Positions 20,946 through 31,804 of a stretch of 64,000 nucleotides of DNA are shown one piece after another. Numbering within the stretch: the first letter of the stretch is position 1; every line of letters begins with the position of its first letter. The notes under the pieces are model-generated. The model saw nothing but the letters and a program-made list of their open reading frames with translations, ran no database searches and was not told where the DNA came from. This stretch comes from Candidatus Culexmicrobium cathedralense. Its GTDB lineage: Archaea; Thermoproteota; Methanomethylicia; Culexarchaeales; Culexmicrobiaceae. Position numbers and translations under genes: made by a program. The stretch spans positions 1-64,000 of the forward strand of contig JANZKC010000002.1 of NCBI GenBank assembly GCA_025061115.1, given 5' to 3'.

Positions 20946-22211
20946 TTGGAAATGATTCATCCATCGAAGGAGATAATTGGCACTAAAAGCAGCTTCTTGA
21001 AAGGCAGGAAAATCGTCTTATGTATATGTGGAAGCGTGGCTGCAATTAAGTCTCCTGAAATTGCAAGAGAGCTCATGCGCCATGGAGCAGAAGTATATCC
21101 CGTCATGAGCAAAGCTGCAACTGAAATCATCCACCCATACTTAATGGAGTGGGCTACAGGAAATCCAGTTGTGACCAAGCTTACGGGCAATGTAGAGCAT
21201 GTAATGCTCTGCGGCAAAACTGAAACTAGAGCAGACTTAATTCTAATAGCGCCAGCAACCGCCAATACCATTAGCAAAATCGCATGTGGTATTGATGATA
21301 CGCCAGTTACGACCTTCATTTCAACGGCATTGGGAACTGGAATTCCCATAATGATAGTACCTGCAATGCATGAAACCATGTACAATAATCCATTCGTAAG
21401 TGAAAACATTGAAAAACTCAAAAGGCTTGGAGTCATTTTCGTTGGCCCTAGAATAGAGGAGGGTAAAGCAAAAATTGCAACTGTCGATCAGGTAGTTAAT
21501 GCAGTCATAAAATTCTTTACGCCAAAGCTCCTTCAGAACAAGCGAGTCTTAATAACCGCAGGACCAACAAGAGAATACTTGGATGACGTTAAATTCTTAA
21601 CAACTCCAAGCTCTGGTAAGATGGGAATAGCTTTAGCTGAAGAATGCCTAGCTCATGGAGCTAAAGTTACACTTATCCTGGGCCCAGCCCAAGTACAAAC
21701 TCCACTAGAAGCAAAGGTAATTAGAGTTACATCATGTAGCGAAATGAAAGATGCTGTAATAAGCGAACTAAAAAGGGATAATTACGACTACATCTTCCTG
21801 CCAGCGGCTCCGTTGGACTTTACATTCTCAAAGAAAATTGATGGCAAAATACCCAGCGAATTGAAAAATCTCACCGTGGAACTAATTTCAACCCCCAAAA
21901 TTGCCGGCGAAGTCAGGAAGTATGCTCCAAAAAGCGTAATAGTTGGATTTAAAGCGGAGCATGGTGTTCCGGTTGAAGAAATGATTGAGAGAGCTTATCG
22001 AAGATTAATTGAGCATGAATTAGATTTAATAGTAGCAAACGATGTTTCTAGGAAAGACATTGGATTTGGTTCGGACTTCAATGAAGTTTACATCATTGAC
22101 AAGAATAAAAAGGTCATTCACATCCCACGAATGAGCAAAAGAGAAGTTGCAAGGGAAATAATTAAAGTAGCGCTAAGATATGAAAACAAGACTTATCATA
22201 AACGACCATAA
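20946..22211 (+). CDS. coaBC: Bifunctional phosphopantothenoylcysteine decarboxylase/ligase
   Basis: GSVAA, APATANT, PAMHETM, TAGPTRE, SSGKMG, VGFKAE, ANDV. Confidence 0.97.
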   Translation: MEMIHPSKEIIGTKSSFLKGRKIVLCICGSVAAIKSPEIARELMRHGAEVYPVMSKAATEIIHPYLMEWATGNPVVTKLTGNVEHVMLCGKTETRADLILIAPATANTISKIACGIDDTPVTTFISTALGTGIPIMIVPAMHETMYNNPFVSENIEKLKRLGVIFVGPRIEEGKAKIATVDQVVNAVIKFFTPKLLQNKRVLITAGPTREYLDDVKFLTTPSSGKMGIALAEECLAHGAKVTLILGPAQVQTPLEAKVIRVTSCSEMKDAVISELKRDNYDYIFLPAAPLDFTFSKKIDGKIPSELKNLTVELISTPKIAGEVRKYAPKSVIVGFKAEHGVPVEEMIERAYRRLIEHELDLIVANDVSRKDIGFGSDFNEVYIIDKNKKVIHIPRMSKREVAREIIKVALRYENKTYHKRP

Positions 22212-22244
22212 TCGAAAATATAACAAACAAATCATGAAATTAAA

Positions 22245-22258
22245 TCGTTAATTAACGA
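22245..22258. promoter_or_regulatory. Perfect 14-bp palindrome TCGTTAATTAACGA upstream of the aminotransferase
   Basis: Seen in sequence ~80 bp before the start; function inferred. Confidence 0.35.
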
Positions 22259-22336
22259 AGTAATTAGCAATAAATTTTATAAGGACATAAAACCGACTTC
22301 CCTCAGACTTAAAAACGAATTTTTGGAGGCGCAAAA

Positions 22337-23551
22337 TTGATTTATGAAAAATTGTGGTCAGAGAAAACAAAGCACATGAAAGCTTCAGAGATAAGAGAGC
22401 TTCTACGCTGGGTTGTAAAGGGGGATGTCATAAGTTTTGGAGGGGGGATGCCGGACCCCAAGATGTTCCCCAAAGAAGATTTAGCTGAAATAGCGCAATA
22501 CGTAATACGAGAGAAAAGCAATACAGCATTACAATATGGACCAACACAAGGAATTTCAGAATTAATAAATGAATTAATCAAATTTATGAATAAGGAAGGC
22601 CTAAAAATAGATGGTCCTGAAAGCATAATAATCACAACTGGTAGTCAGCAAGTACTAGACATTTTAGGAAGAATACTTGTAGATCCTGGAGACGTGGTTA
22701 TAGTTGAGCTTCCAACGTATCTAGCAGCCATAAATGCTCTGAAAGTATATGAGCCAAAATTAGTTGGCATACCATTAGATGATGAAGGCATGAAAACCGA
22801 CGTTTTAGAGGAAAAAGTTAAGGAGCTTAAAAAAGAAGGGAAAAGAATCAAATTCATATACACGATACCAACATGTCAAAACCCAACTGGACTTTCAATG
22901 AGTATGGATCGCAGAAAGCACCTCCTAGAAATAGCCTCAAAGTACGACTTATTAATAGTTGAGGACGATCCCTACAGCTACTTCCTATATGAGCCAGTGG
23001 AATTCAAGCACTTAAAGGCAATGGACACCGATGACAGAGTAGTGTACATGAGCACGTTTAGCAAAATACTATCTCCAGGACTAAGATTAGGGTGGATGGC
23101 CGGCAATCCGGAGTTCATAAGGAAAATTGCAATTGCCAAGCAGTCAATGGACCTATGCACCTCACCACTAACGCAATACATTGCCGCCGAAGCATTGAAG
23201 AGAGGAGTCATTGAAAAGCACATTCCCAAGATAAAAGAAGTGTATAGGAAAAAGAGAGATGCCATGCTGAACGCGCTGGAAAAGTACATGCCGAAAGGAT
23301 CCAAATGGGTTAAGCCTGTTGGAGGCATGTTCATATTTGCATGGGCACCGAAGCCTATAAACACCAAGCAGATGCTCATAAAGTGCGTTAAAGAATATGG
23401 CGTGGCATACGTGCCAGGACAAGCATTCCACGTGGATGGCAGCGGCAAAAATTCAATGCGACTGAACTTCACCTACCCAACCATAGAACAAATAGAAGTA
23501 GGCATAAAGAGAATATCCAAAGCAATTTCAGAAGAAATGGAAAAATTTTAA
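22337..23551 (+). CDS. PLP-dependent class I aminotransferase (LysN/ARO8 multi-substrate type)
   Basis: SEIRELL, FGGGMPD, QNPTG, EDDPY, TFSKILSPGLRLGW, MRLNF. Confidence 0.93.
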   Translation: MIYEKLWSEKTKHMKASEIRELLRWVVKGDVISFGGGMPDPKMFPKEDLAEIAQYVIREKSNTALQYGPTQGISELINELIKFMNKEGLKIDGPESIIITTGSQQVLDILGRILVDPGDVVIVELPTYLAAINALKVYEPKLVGIPLDDEGMKTDVLEEKVKELKKEGKRIKFIYTIPTCQNPTGLSMSMDRRKHLLEIASKYDLLIVEDDPYSYFLYEPVEFKHLKAMDTDDRVVYMSTFSKILSPGLRLGWMAGNPEFIRKIAIAKQSMDLCTSPLTQYIAAEALKRGVIEKHIPKIKEVYRKKRDAMLNALEKYMPKGSKWVKPVGGMFIFAWAPKPINTKQMLIKCVKEYGVAYVPGQAFHVDGSGKNSMRLNFTYPTIEQIEVGIKRISKAISEEMEKF

Positions 23552-23632
23552 CTTAACGAAAATTAAAATCACCAACCATTTTTGACGCTAAATTTAAAAT
23601 CAGCGGCGCGGTATTTAGTCAAGGGTGTAAAC

Positions 23633-24172
23633 ATGTCTTGGAGAAGGAGAAGAAGCTTTTTCGACGATTTTTTCAGAGAGTTCTTCGAAGAATTTGAAGA
23701 ACTAGAAAGAGAGCTGCAGAGGATAGCTAGAAGATTTTCAAGACTCAGCCCAGAAGAGCTTTTTGAAAGGGCTGAGGTAAGAGGTCCATACGTATATGGA
23801 TTCTCAATTACAATTGGGCCGGACGGCAAGCCAATAATTAGGGAGTTCGGCAACGTTCGAAGAATCGCTGGAAGGCCGAGTATTGGAGAGGAGAGAGAGC
23901 CATTAGTAGACGTGTTTGAAGATGAAAAGACTGTTACAGTTATAGCCGAGCTTCCTGGAGTAAATAAGGAGGATATCAAAGTTAAAGCCACCGACAACAT
24001 CCTAGTCATAAGCGCACAGACGGGAGACAGAAAGTACTATAAAGAAATAGACTTGCCGGCGAAAGTTAAGCCTGAAACTGCTAGAGCCAACTACAAGAAT
24101 GGAGTATTAGAAGTCAAACTAGAGAAAGTGAGCAAAGGAGAAGAGAAGGGCTTCGAAATTAAAATCGAGTAG
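23633..24172 (+). CDS. hsp20: Small heat shock protein Hsp20
   Basis: GPYVYGFSITIGPDGKP..EFGN, REPLVDV, AELPGV, NGVLEV; start at ATG 23633. Confidence 0.95.
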   Translation: MSWRRRRSFFDDFFREFFEEFEELERELQRIARRFSRLSPEELFERAEVRGPYVYGFSITIGPDGKPIIREFGNVRRIAGRPSIGEEREPLVDVFEDEKTVTVIAELPGVNKEDIKVKATDNILVISAQTGDRKYYKEIDLPAKVKPETARANYKNGVLEVKLEKVSKGEEKGFEIKIE

Positions 24173-24989
24173 TTAAATCTCCATAAAGCTCCGGTCTACG
24201 CTGATTTAAAAGTGGAAGAGCACTCCTAACCTTTTTTAGTCTTTCTAAACTTAAATCGGCGCATATCATAGTCTCCATCTCGCCGGCATCAGCCATTACA
24301 ACTCCAAAGGGATCTATAATTGCACTTCTACCGCAAAATGTTGGAGGGGACTGATTAGCTAGAACAACGTAAAGCCCATTTTCAATAGCTCTAGCTTTAG
24401 CCATGGTGAGAAGATGCTCCTCCTTAAGAGTTCCCGAAAACCACGCTGCAGATACACAAAGCAAATTACAACCCTTCAAAGCAAGAACTCTAGCCGTTTC
24501 AGGAAATCTAACATCATAGCAAATTAGGAAGCCAATCTTAAAGTCGCCAATAGAAGCGGGATGCGAAATGCCATCTCCAGGCTTAATGAAATCGGACTCT
24601 CTAAACTTGAACGCATCAAACAAGTGCGTCTTGCGATATTTGGATAGAACTTCGCCACCACTTGAAATCAAAATTGAAGTATCATATATTCGACTTGGAT
24701 CATCCACACACTTTTCGCACAAGTTCAATACAACATTTACATTGAACTTCTTTGCAGCCTCCGCAACTGAGCGCGTGAACTCCCCATCTAAATGTTCAGC
24801 CAGCCTAGTAAACTCACCTCTAGGTAGCGGGTAAAACATCGAATATTCAGGGAAAACTATTAAGTCCACCTTTGCTTTCGAAGCAAGCTTAATGGCATTA
24901 AGGATCTTCTTTAAATTTTCCTCCTTAATCCGCGAAGCACTAAACTGGAAAGCAGCTACCCTGAAATCGCCCATTTCACCCGAATACAT
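24159..24989 (-). CDS. Carbon-nitrogen hydrolase (Nit1/YafV-like amidase)
   Basis: Catalytic triad in FPE, YRKTHLFD, ICYDVRFPE; ARAIEN. Confidence 0.92.
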   Translation of the reverse strand: MYSGEMGDFRVAAFQFSASRIKEENLKKILNAIKLASKAKVDLIVFPEYSMFYPLPRGEFTRLAEHLDGEFTRSVAEAAKKFNVNVVLNLCEKCVDDPSRIYDTSILISSGGEVLSKYRKTHLFDAFKFRESDFIKPGDGISHPASIGDFKIGFLICYDVRFPETARVLALKGCNLLCVSAAWFSGTLKEEHLLTMAKARAIENGLYVVLANQSPPTFCGRSAIIDPFGVVMADAGEMETMICADLSLERLKKVRSALPLLNQRRPELYGDLTTRF

Positions 24990-25013
24990 ATCATAAAATT
25001 AAGATGTAATTAA

Positions 25014-25436
25014 TTATAACCATTTCCTCCACAATCTTATAGCCTCGTAAATCCATGAAATAAATGCGATCGCACACACCGATAATGAGAATATGTGAAA
25101 TCCAGTTACCGGCTGAGATTTAAGAGCTGAGTATAATAAAAGCAGAAAAGTTGAAGCAAAGAAAATAGCGTAAAAGAAGTACCTTGGAAGCGTCAGCCTC
25201 CCAATTTTGATTAAGCCATAAAGTACATCAACTTTAACGAATCCTTGAATTTCATATAGCCCATTCCTATTTTTTCCGATCAAACCTGCCTCCTGAAGCT
25301 TGGAAAGGTGGTAATGAGCTAAACTTGGACTACTAAACTTCAACGCCCTCTGAATCTCCCTTACACCCACAGGCCTACCAACCTTAAGCATGTACCTGTA
25401 CACTAGAAGCGTCTTACCCTTAAGCACATCTTCCAT
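25014..25436 (-). CDS. Membrane-anchored winged-helix transcriptional regulator
   Basis: VGVREIQRALKFSSPSLAHYHLSKL helix-turn-helix plus two C-terminal TMs. Confidence 0.85.
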   Translation of the reverse strand: MEDVLKGKTLLVYRYMLKVGRPVGVREIQRALKFSSPSLAHYHLSKLQEAGLIGKNRNGLYEIQGFVKVDVLYGLIKIGRLTLPRYFFYAIFFASTFLLLLYSALKSQPVTGFHIFSLSVCAIAFISWIYEAIRLWRKWL

Positions 25437-25642
25437 TACAATCGCCTAACATTAACCGTGAAGCTAAGTGCATTAAATAATTAGGTGCAGCTCATTTAAA
25501 GGTCTAACTAGACTTAAACCGCAAGGTTTTCACAGATTTCCTCCACACATAATTAAGGAGCTACAGTTGAGGTAATCCTAGTTAAATAAGCTCTGAACCG
25601 TTAACCCTATAACCACATAGTTCTGAATTACTGCTGAGAAGT

Positions 25643-26065
25643 ATGAGGATCCTAATAATTCACGCAAAGAGCTTCTGGTGGAAAGTTCGTCAGCCAGCAA
25701 GAATTAGCTTAAGAGATGAAGTAACTGAGGAAAATGCGGAGTTTAAAATTGAAAATGCACTAATCGCATTTACAGCAGTCGAGAAGAGCGATGAACAGAA
25801 TCTTGAAAAGTCATGTGAAAGAGCTGTTGAAGCCATCAAGGAAGTAGCTGGTAGAGTTAAAGTTAAGCAGATAATACTTTACCCGTACGCGCATCTCTCC
25901 ACCAATTTGAGTAAGCCTAGCACTGCAATAAAAGCATTAAAAACAATTCATGAAAAATTGGTGAGACAAGGTTTCAGCGTTTATAGATCCCCATTCGGAT
26001 ATTATAAGGAATTCATACTTCACTGCAGCGGCCATCCACTAGCAGAATCCTTAAGAGTCGTTTAG
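25643..26065 (+). CDS. Free-standing archaeal ThrRS editing domain
   Basis: MRILIIH, AVEKSD, YPYAHLS, PFGYYKEF..C.GHPLAE. Confidence 0.9.
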   Translation: MRILIIHAKSFWWKVRQPARISLRDEVTEENAEFKIENALIAFTAVEKSDEQNLEKSCERAVEAIKEVAGRVKVKQIILYPYAHLSTNLSKPSTAIKALKTIHEKLVRQGFSVYRSPFGYYKEFILHCSGHPLAESLRVV

Positions 26066-26166
26066 GCAAGCATCACCAATGTTCTAGAAATATGAACGAG
26101 TATTAAACTGAAATGTACACCGCTAACAATAAGCGATAACTAATCAATTATTAATTGGGTTTAATA

Positions 26167-28308
26167 ATGACTGAAAACGAAATAAAGCGAAAGATAATTG
26201 CGGAGGCTTTAATTGCAGTAATCCTATCAATTGCATTATTCGGTTTAAGCGAGTACACTGGAAATATACTTGAAAGGCGGTGGGTTGAAGAAAATATTTT
26301 TTCAACCAAAATATCACCAATAACGCGAACTAAAATTACATTTCAAGTAGAAGTTAAAACACTAGGTCAAGAGGAAGCCTGGAAGGTAAATGCTCCACAA
26401 TACATTTTGCCCCTAAATGCAGATGAAATATCGAACTTGCATCAAGTAATAAGTGCCTTCAAGCTAAATGACAGTCAATTAAGGAAAATGCAAGAAAATG
26501 GATTCGTAGCAATTAAAGGCCATGAAATAGATAATTTCTTAGATGCATATCTTAATCTTCAATCCCTAGGCATTCCAATATTCATTACAGCAGATTCAAT
26601 ACTGCACGCCTATCACGTCATTTTCGAAGACACTTTAATTACACTGGAGAAGGAATTCTTCATCAACTGGCTTAAGCAACTAATCAAAACGCTAACGGAG
26701 AAGACATATGACATCTATACGTATTTACCTGAAGATTCCCCTAAACTAAAGAAGGCATCGGAAATAGCGCTGTGCTACTTCGCTGTAGCATCAAAACTCC
26801 TAGGAATAGAGTCAAAACTGCCAAATCAAATTGAAAAAATTGTGAATGCAGAATTAACCTTAATCGAAGAGCATAGTAAAACGGCTGAGAGCCCAATATT
26901 CAAATATGAGGAAGACTACACCCAGTACAAGCCGAGAGGACATTACACCAAAAATGAAGACTTCAAAAGATACTTTAAGGCCATGATGTGGCTTGGAAGA
27001 ATGTTCTTCAAGGCAAAGTCGAAAGAGCATACCATAGCTGCAATCATAATCGTCAAAGCCCTCAACGAAGCCGAATTAAACTTGAATGGTGAAAGAGTTA
27101 AAGCTAAAGATGTTTGGGAGAAAATCTACTTAACTACGGCATTCTTCATAGGCTATTCGGATGACCTAACAATATATGATTATGAAAAGGCAATTAGCCA
27201 AGTTTATGGAGAAGAATTCAAGCTACAAGACTTGAAGGATGATGCAAAACTAGAGAAGCTACAATCAACACTCATAAAAATGAACAAAAGCAAAATCATA
27301 TCCTTCCCAATATACCCCATAGAGAATGATGAAATTATAGGGTTAAGATTCATGGGGCAACGATTCATCCCAGACTCCTACATTTTCCAGCAATTAGTTT
27401 TCGATAAAGTGCCAGGAAGAATCATGCCCAAAGCATTAGATGTAGCTGCAGTATTAGGATCCAAAAGAGCTGAAGTGCACCTAACCATCGACGATAAAAA
27501 ATACCCAAATTACAAGGTTCAACTTGAAAAATTAAAGTTGGAATTTAGCGAATTAACATTGGAAAATTGGACTCAAAATCTCTACTTTGGCTGGCTATAT
27601 TCCGTCAAAGCCGCGATTCAAAACTTCACAGATCACCATCCAACGTTCATGCAAACCCAAGCATGGCTCGATGAAAAGCTAAATACGTTTCTAGGCTCCT
27701 GGGCTGAGCTTAGACACGACACGATATTATACGCCAAGCAATCATATACCCTTAAAACATCATCAACAGAGGCATTGAACATAGGTTATGTCGAACCAAT
27801 ACCAGAACTATACCAGCGATTAAGACTTTTATGTGATATAACATTAAATGGACTTCAAAAATTAAAACTACTCAAAGATGAATATAAGGAAAAGCTACTT
27901 GAATTCTCAAACATGCTAAAGCAATTAGAGCTAATCTCAATTAAAGAGCTATGTGGATATGAATTAACAAGCGAAGACTACCAGCTAATCATGAATATAG
28001 GATATAAACTTCAAACGATAATGGCTGGAATTAGAGGGAAAACATTAAAAACTACATTAATAGCCGACGTCCACACCGACACAAATACTATGAGAGTATT
28101 GGAAGTCGGATGCGGCTACGTGGACTACATAATAGTAGTGGTGAAAAAGCCAAGTGGAGAAATGTATGTAGCGGCTGGACCAATATTCACATACTACGAA
28201 TTTACCCTGCCAATAAACCAAAGATTAACCGACGAAGAATGGATAAACATGCTCAGAGGAAGAGAAGCTCCGGGCAGGCCAGAATGGGTAAAAAGCTACT
28301 ATAGCTAA
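26167..28308 (+). CDS. DUF3160 family membrane-anchored protein
   Basis: FITADSILH, DYTQYKPRGHYT, YFKAMMW, RFMGQRF.PDS, SWAELRHDTILYAKQ, ADVHT, RLTDEEW. Confidence 0.88.
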   Translation: MTENEIKRKIIAEALIAVILSIALFGLSEYTGNILERRWVEENIFSTKISPITRTKITFQVEVKTLGQEEAWKVNAPQYILPLNADEISNLHQVISAFKLNDSQLRKMQENGFVAIKGHEIDNFLDAYLNLQSLGIPIFITADSILHAYHVIFEDTLITLEKEFFINWLKQLIKTLTEKTYDIYTYLPEDSPKLKKASEIALCYFAVASKLLGIESKLPNQIEKIVNAELTLIEEHSKTAESPIFKYEEDYTQYKPRGHYTKNEDFKRYFKAMMWLGRMFFKAKSKEHTIAAIIIVKALNEAELNLNGERVKAKDVWEKIYLTTAFFIGYSDDLTIYDYEKAISQVYGEEFKLQDLKDDAKLEKLQSTLIKMNKSKIISFPIYPIENDEIIGLRFMGQRFIPDSYIFQQLVFDKVPGRIMPKALDVAAVLGSKRAEVHLTIDDKKYPNYKVQLEKLKLEFSELTLENWTQNLYFGWLYSVKAAIQNFTDHHPTFMQTQAWLDEKLNTFLGSWAELRHDTILYAKQSYTLKTSSTEALNIGYVEPIPELYQRLRLLCDITLNGLQKLKLLKDEYKEKLLEFSNMLKQLELISIKELCGYELTSEDYQLIMNIGYKLQTIMAGIRGKTLKTTLIADVHTDTNTMRVLEVGCGYVDYIIVVVKKPSGEMYVAAGPIFTYYEFTLPINQRLTDEEWINMLRGREAPGRPEWVKSYYS

Positions 28309-28386
28309 CCAATCTAGTTAAAACCTATTTTACATTCCAATCCAAACCAAACACCTTTTAAGTATAAGAACAAAAATATTGCAAGC

Positions 28387-28983
28387 ATGAGTTTAACTAA
28401 ATGCATATTTGATCTTCTAGTTCGAATTGTTAGGAAATACTCTTGGATTGGAGTATTTATATCAATGATAATGGAGAGTGCATGCCTACCAATTCCAAGC
28501 GAAATTGTGATGCCATTAACTGGATTTGCACTCTGCACAAACATAAACAGCATTATTATTGCCGCATTAATTGCTTCAATAGCGAATTTAATTGGCTCAT
28601 GGATAGCGTACCTAGTTGGATATTGGGGTGGAAGAAAAATAATTCTAAAATATGGAAAGTATTTCTTAATAAGAAGAAAAGAGTATTTAAAAGCTGAAGA
28701 ATTATTTGAAAGACATGGAGCTATAGTGATCCTTATTGGCAGAATGCTACCAGTCATAAGAACAATCATCTCCCTTCCAGCAGGGATATTCTCGATAAAT
28801 CCAACAAAATTCACGACCTATACCCTTATAGGTTCAATTCCATGGAATCTGGCCCTAACATATTTAGGATACCTCCTGGGTGAAAATTGGCATTTAATTG
28901 CAGATTACGTAAGCTACTTAGACTACATTGTCATAATAGCATTAATAATCCTTATCATTTATATTTTAAAGAGAAATAAATAA
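28387..28983 (+). CDS. DedA family membrane protein
   Basis: ESACLPIPSE, GRMLPVIRTIISLPAG. Confidence 0.92.
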   Translation: MSLTKCIFDLLVRIVRKYSWIGVFISMIMESACLPIPSEIVMPLTGFALCTNINSIIIAALIASIANLIGSWIAYLVGYWGGRKIILKYGKYFLIRRKEYLKAEELFERHGAIVILIGRMLPVIRTIISLPAGIFSINPTKFTTYTLIGSIPWNLALTYLGYLLGENWHLIADYVSYLDYIVIIALIILIIYILKRNK

Positions 28984-29525
28984 AATCACTGCTAAATCAA
29001 TCAACAGATAATAGTTCTAATTCAGAATAATATTCATTTTTTAATTATTATAATCTGAATAATTAAAAATTTTAAATCAATTTAATTATTTAATTAAAAT
29101 TTGCTTAAAGAATCATGTTGTGGACGTGAGATAAAATGATTCATTAATTTATGGCTTTGATTAAAAATTGGAGGTAAAACTTCACTCCACCTTTTAATCA
29201 ATTCAACCGCATATTTGAACTCATCTAATGCATTCTTTCTACACCAATATCAGAGTTAAAATGGACATCCCACCATGAGATTTTGCATTCAACGAAAAAG
29301 CGATTCAAAATGTTGTTGGCCTTTTCAACAATTTTTGAAAATCAATTGGAGGTATGCCGAATAATTCTCTAAATCTTGGAAAGTCAATTTTCACATCAAA
29401 TTTCTTCGCTAATCTATGAGGGAACCGTAATCCTAGTAACTGTAAATTAATGACCACAGCATCCAACTCCAGTAACTTAAACTTTTTACTAAATATATTA
29501 TTAACATTACGCTAAATAATATAAT

Positions 29526-29938
29526 TTAATTAAGTAGTAATGCGATCCAAGTTGCCATTATTAAAATGCCAATAATATCGCTCAGCCTTTCGTGATTGCT
29601 TTCACTAGCAAATGGATGGCTTTGATAAAAGCATTCATCCACCCACAATATAAGTGCAGCCACATAAAACGTTGAGCTTGAGGCCCAGTCAAATCGCGAT
29701 AATAATGTCGACAATATTGTTGAGACCATCGACCAATGATAGTGCTCAAAAACTCCAGATTTCTATCATATTTTGAGCCTACATAGCCTCCATGCCACCA
29801 AATCCAGTTGACCAACCCCATAGCAACAAACCTAAAGATGAAATAATTATTCCAGACAACGAATTGCGATGATAATACTATGGGTAAGGAGAATAATATG
29901 GCCCTTAAGGATTTGAGCAATCTTTTAAGCATTGACAC
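29526..29938 (-). pseudogene. Frameshifted multi-TM hypothetical protein
   Basis: Two overlapping hydrophobic ORFs joined by a single shift near 29730. Confidence 0.55.
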
Positions 29939-30001
29939 TTCATCTTCATGTTATATTCTCATTGTATAAGCTTTAAGATTAAAGGAAAACTCGACTCAAT
30001 T

Positions 30002-31804
30002 TCACGTTACTGCGGTAGCTTGCATTCCTAACTGAGAAGTGTAGAGCTTGTAGTAAAGACCTTTCCTCTCCATGAGTTCATTATGAGAACCCTCCTCAAT
30101 GATTTCTCCATTATGTATAACTATAATTCTATCACAATCCCTAGCTAAAGTTAGTCGATGTGCAATTATAATTCCTGTTTTTCCTTGGAATAGTTTTTTA
30201 ATGGCATTTTTAATCATTTCTTCAGTTTGAGGATCTACACTTGACATTGCCTCATCGAGAATTAATATTGATGGATTACGCAGCATAGCTCTGGCGAATG
30301 CTATTAATTGCTTTTCTCCAGTTGATAATTTTCTGCCTGCTTCTCCTGCATCTGTTTCATATCCATGAGGAAGCCTCATTATGAAGTTGTGGATTCCAAG
30401 TTTTTTGCATACGTTAATTACATCTCGCTCGGTTGCTCCGGGCTTTCCTATCTTAATATTCTCCATTATTGTTCCTGGAAATAGGTATGTTTCCTGTGGA
30501 ACGAAACCTATAAGCATGCGAAGTGATTTTTGCTTGATTTTTCTTATATCATGTCCATCAATCAATATGGATCCTCTCTTAACATCATAAAATCTGCATA
30601 ATAAGCTAACTAAAGTTGTTTTACCTGCTCCTGTTGGCCCAACTAGGGCAACTATTTCTCCAGGATTTATCGTTAAATTAATGTTTTTGAGGACAGGCAT
30701 GCCTGGATTATACTCAAAGTAGACATTTCTGAACTCTATTTTACCCTTTATTTGAGTTAGCTCAATTGCATCTGGAGCATCTTTAACATCCAATTCTACA
30801 TCTAATATGTTGAATATTCTTTCAGCAGCTGCAAAGGCAGCTTGAATTGCGTCATACATGTTTACAAGCGTCATTATTGGCATCGTAAATCGAGTAACAT
30901 AGGATAGAAATGCTACAAGAGTCCCTATGCTCACTGCTTGAATTGAAGTCAAGTAACCACCATACCATAATACGAGGACGGTGGCTACAGTTGAAAGCAT
31001 TCGTATTATTGGCCAGAAAAGAGCCATCAATCTTCCTGCAGCCACGTTTGCCTCCAGGGTCTCCCTTGAAGCAGCTCTAAAGGATTTAGCTACAGCATCT
31101 TCCCTTCCAAATGCTTGAATCACCTTAATTCCAGATATGCTTTCTTGAACTTTAGCTGTAACTTTAGCTATTTTCTCCCTAGTCATCCTGTATGCTTTCC
31201 TCATTTTAGAGCTAAAAACATAGGCAACCGCAATCATTACTGGAATTATTGTAAGAGACACCAATGTGAGAGGTATACTTAACATAAACATGGCTGCCAA
31301 AATGCCTACCAATGTTATTAGATCTCCAATCACGCTGAAAACTCCAGTTACCAAGACTTCTTGCAGCGTTGAAGTGTCATTCACGACTATGGATATTAGC
31401 TCACCCACTCTTCGCTTATTATAGAAGCTAAAGGACAACTTCTGAAGCTTTTCAAAAATTTGCCTCCTAATGCTATTAAGGAATTTTTGTCCAACCCACT
31501 CGAGAGCATATCCTCTTAAACTTTGGGAGGCCCATTGACCAACAGCGCAAACCACATATAGACCCGCCATAATTAAAAGACCAGCTAAATCCCCCCTCAA
31601 AATGTAATTGTCAATTGCCAATCCAAGTATATAGGGTGCAGCTAAGCTTGCAAACGAGTTGACTATAGTTAAAATAGCAACCGCCACGAAAGCCAATTTA
31701 TAAGGCGCTAAGTTTCTAATTAACCTCCTCAGAAGAACTGTGGATGGCGTGGTCACCTTAACCTTTTCTTGCTTCCACATTCTCCTAAAATGAAAGCCCG
31801 TCAA
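30002..31804 (-). CDS. ABC exporter, fused permease/ATPase (consensus Walker B/H-switch subunit)
   Basis: TMD plus GPTGAGKT, LSTGEKQ, LDEA, AHR. Confidence 0.95.
   Translation of the reverse strand: MTGFHFRRMWKQEKVKVTTPSTVLLRRLIRNLAPYKLAFVAVAILTIVNSFASLAAPYILGLAIDNYILRGDLAGLLIMAGLYVVCAVGQWASQSLRGYALEWVGQKFLNSIRRQIFEKLQKLSFSFYNKRRVGELISIVVNDTSTLQEVLVTGVFSVIGDLITLVGILAAMFMLSIPLTLVSLTIIPVMIAVAYVFSSKMRKAYRMTREKIAKVTAKVQESISGIKVIQAFGREDAVAKSFRAASRETLEANVAAGRLMALFWPIIRMLSTVATVLVLWYGGYLTSIQAVSIGTLVAFLSYVTRFTMPIMTLVNMYDAIQAAFAAAERIFNILDVELDVKDAPDAIELTQIKGKIEFRNVYFEYNPGMPVLKNINLTINPGEIVALVGPTGAGKTTLVSLLCRFYDVKRGSILIDGHDIRKIKQKSLRMLIGFVPQETYLFPGTIMENIKIGKPGATERDVINVCKKLGIHNFIMRLPHGYETDAGEAGRKLSTGEKQLIAFARAMLRNPSILILDEAMSSVDPQTEEMIKNAIKKLFQGKTGIIIAHRLTLARDCDRIIVIHNGEIIEEGSHNELMERKGLYYKLYTSQLGMQATAVT

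Noticed and set aside
29150-29480. Possible SPASM-like gene remnant on the minus strand
   Set aside because: Fragments in several frames with no complete motif
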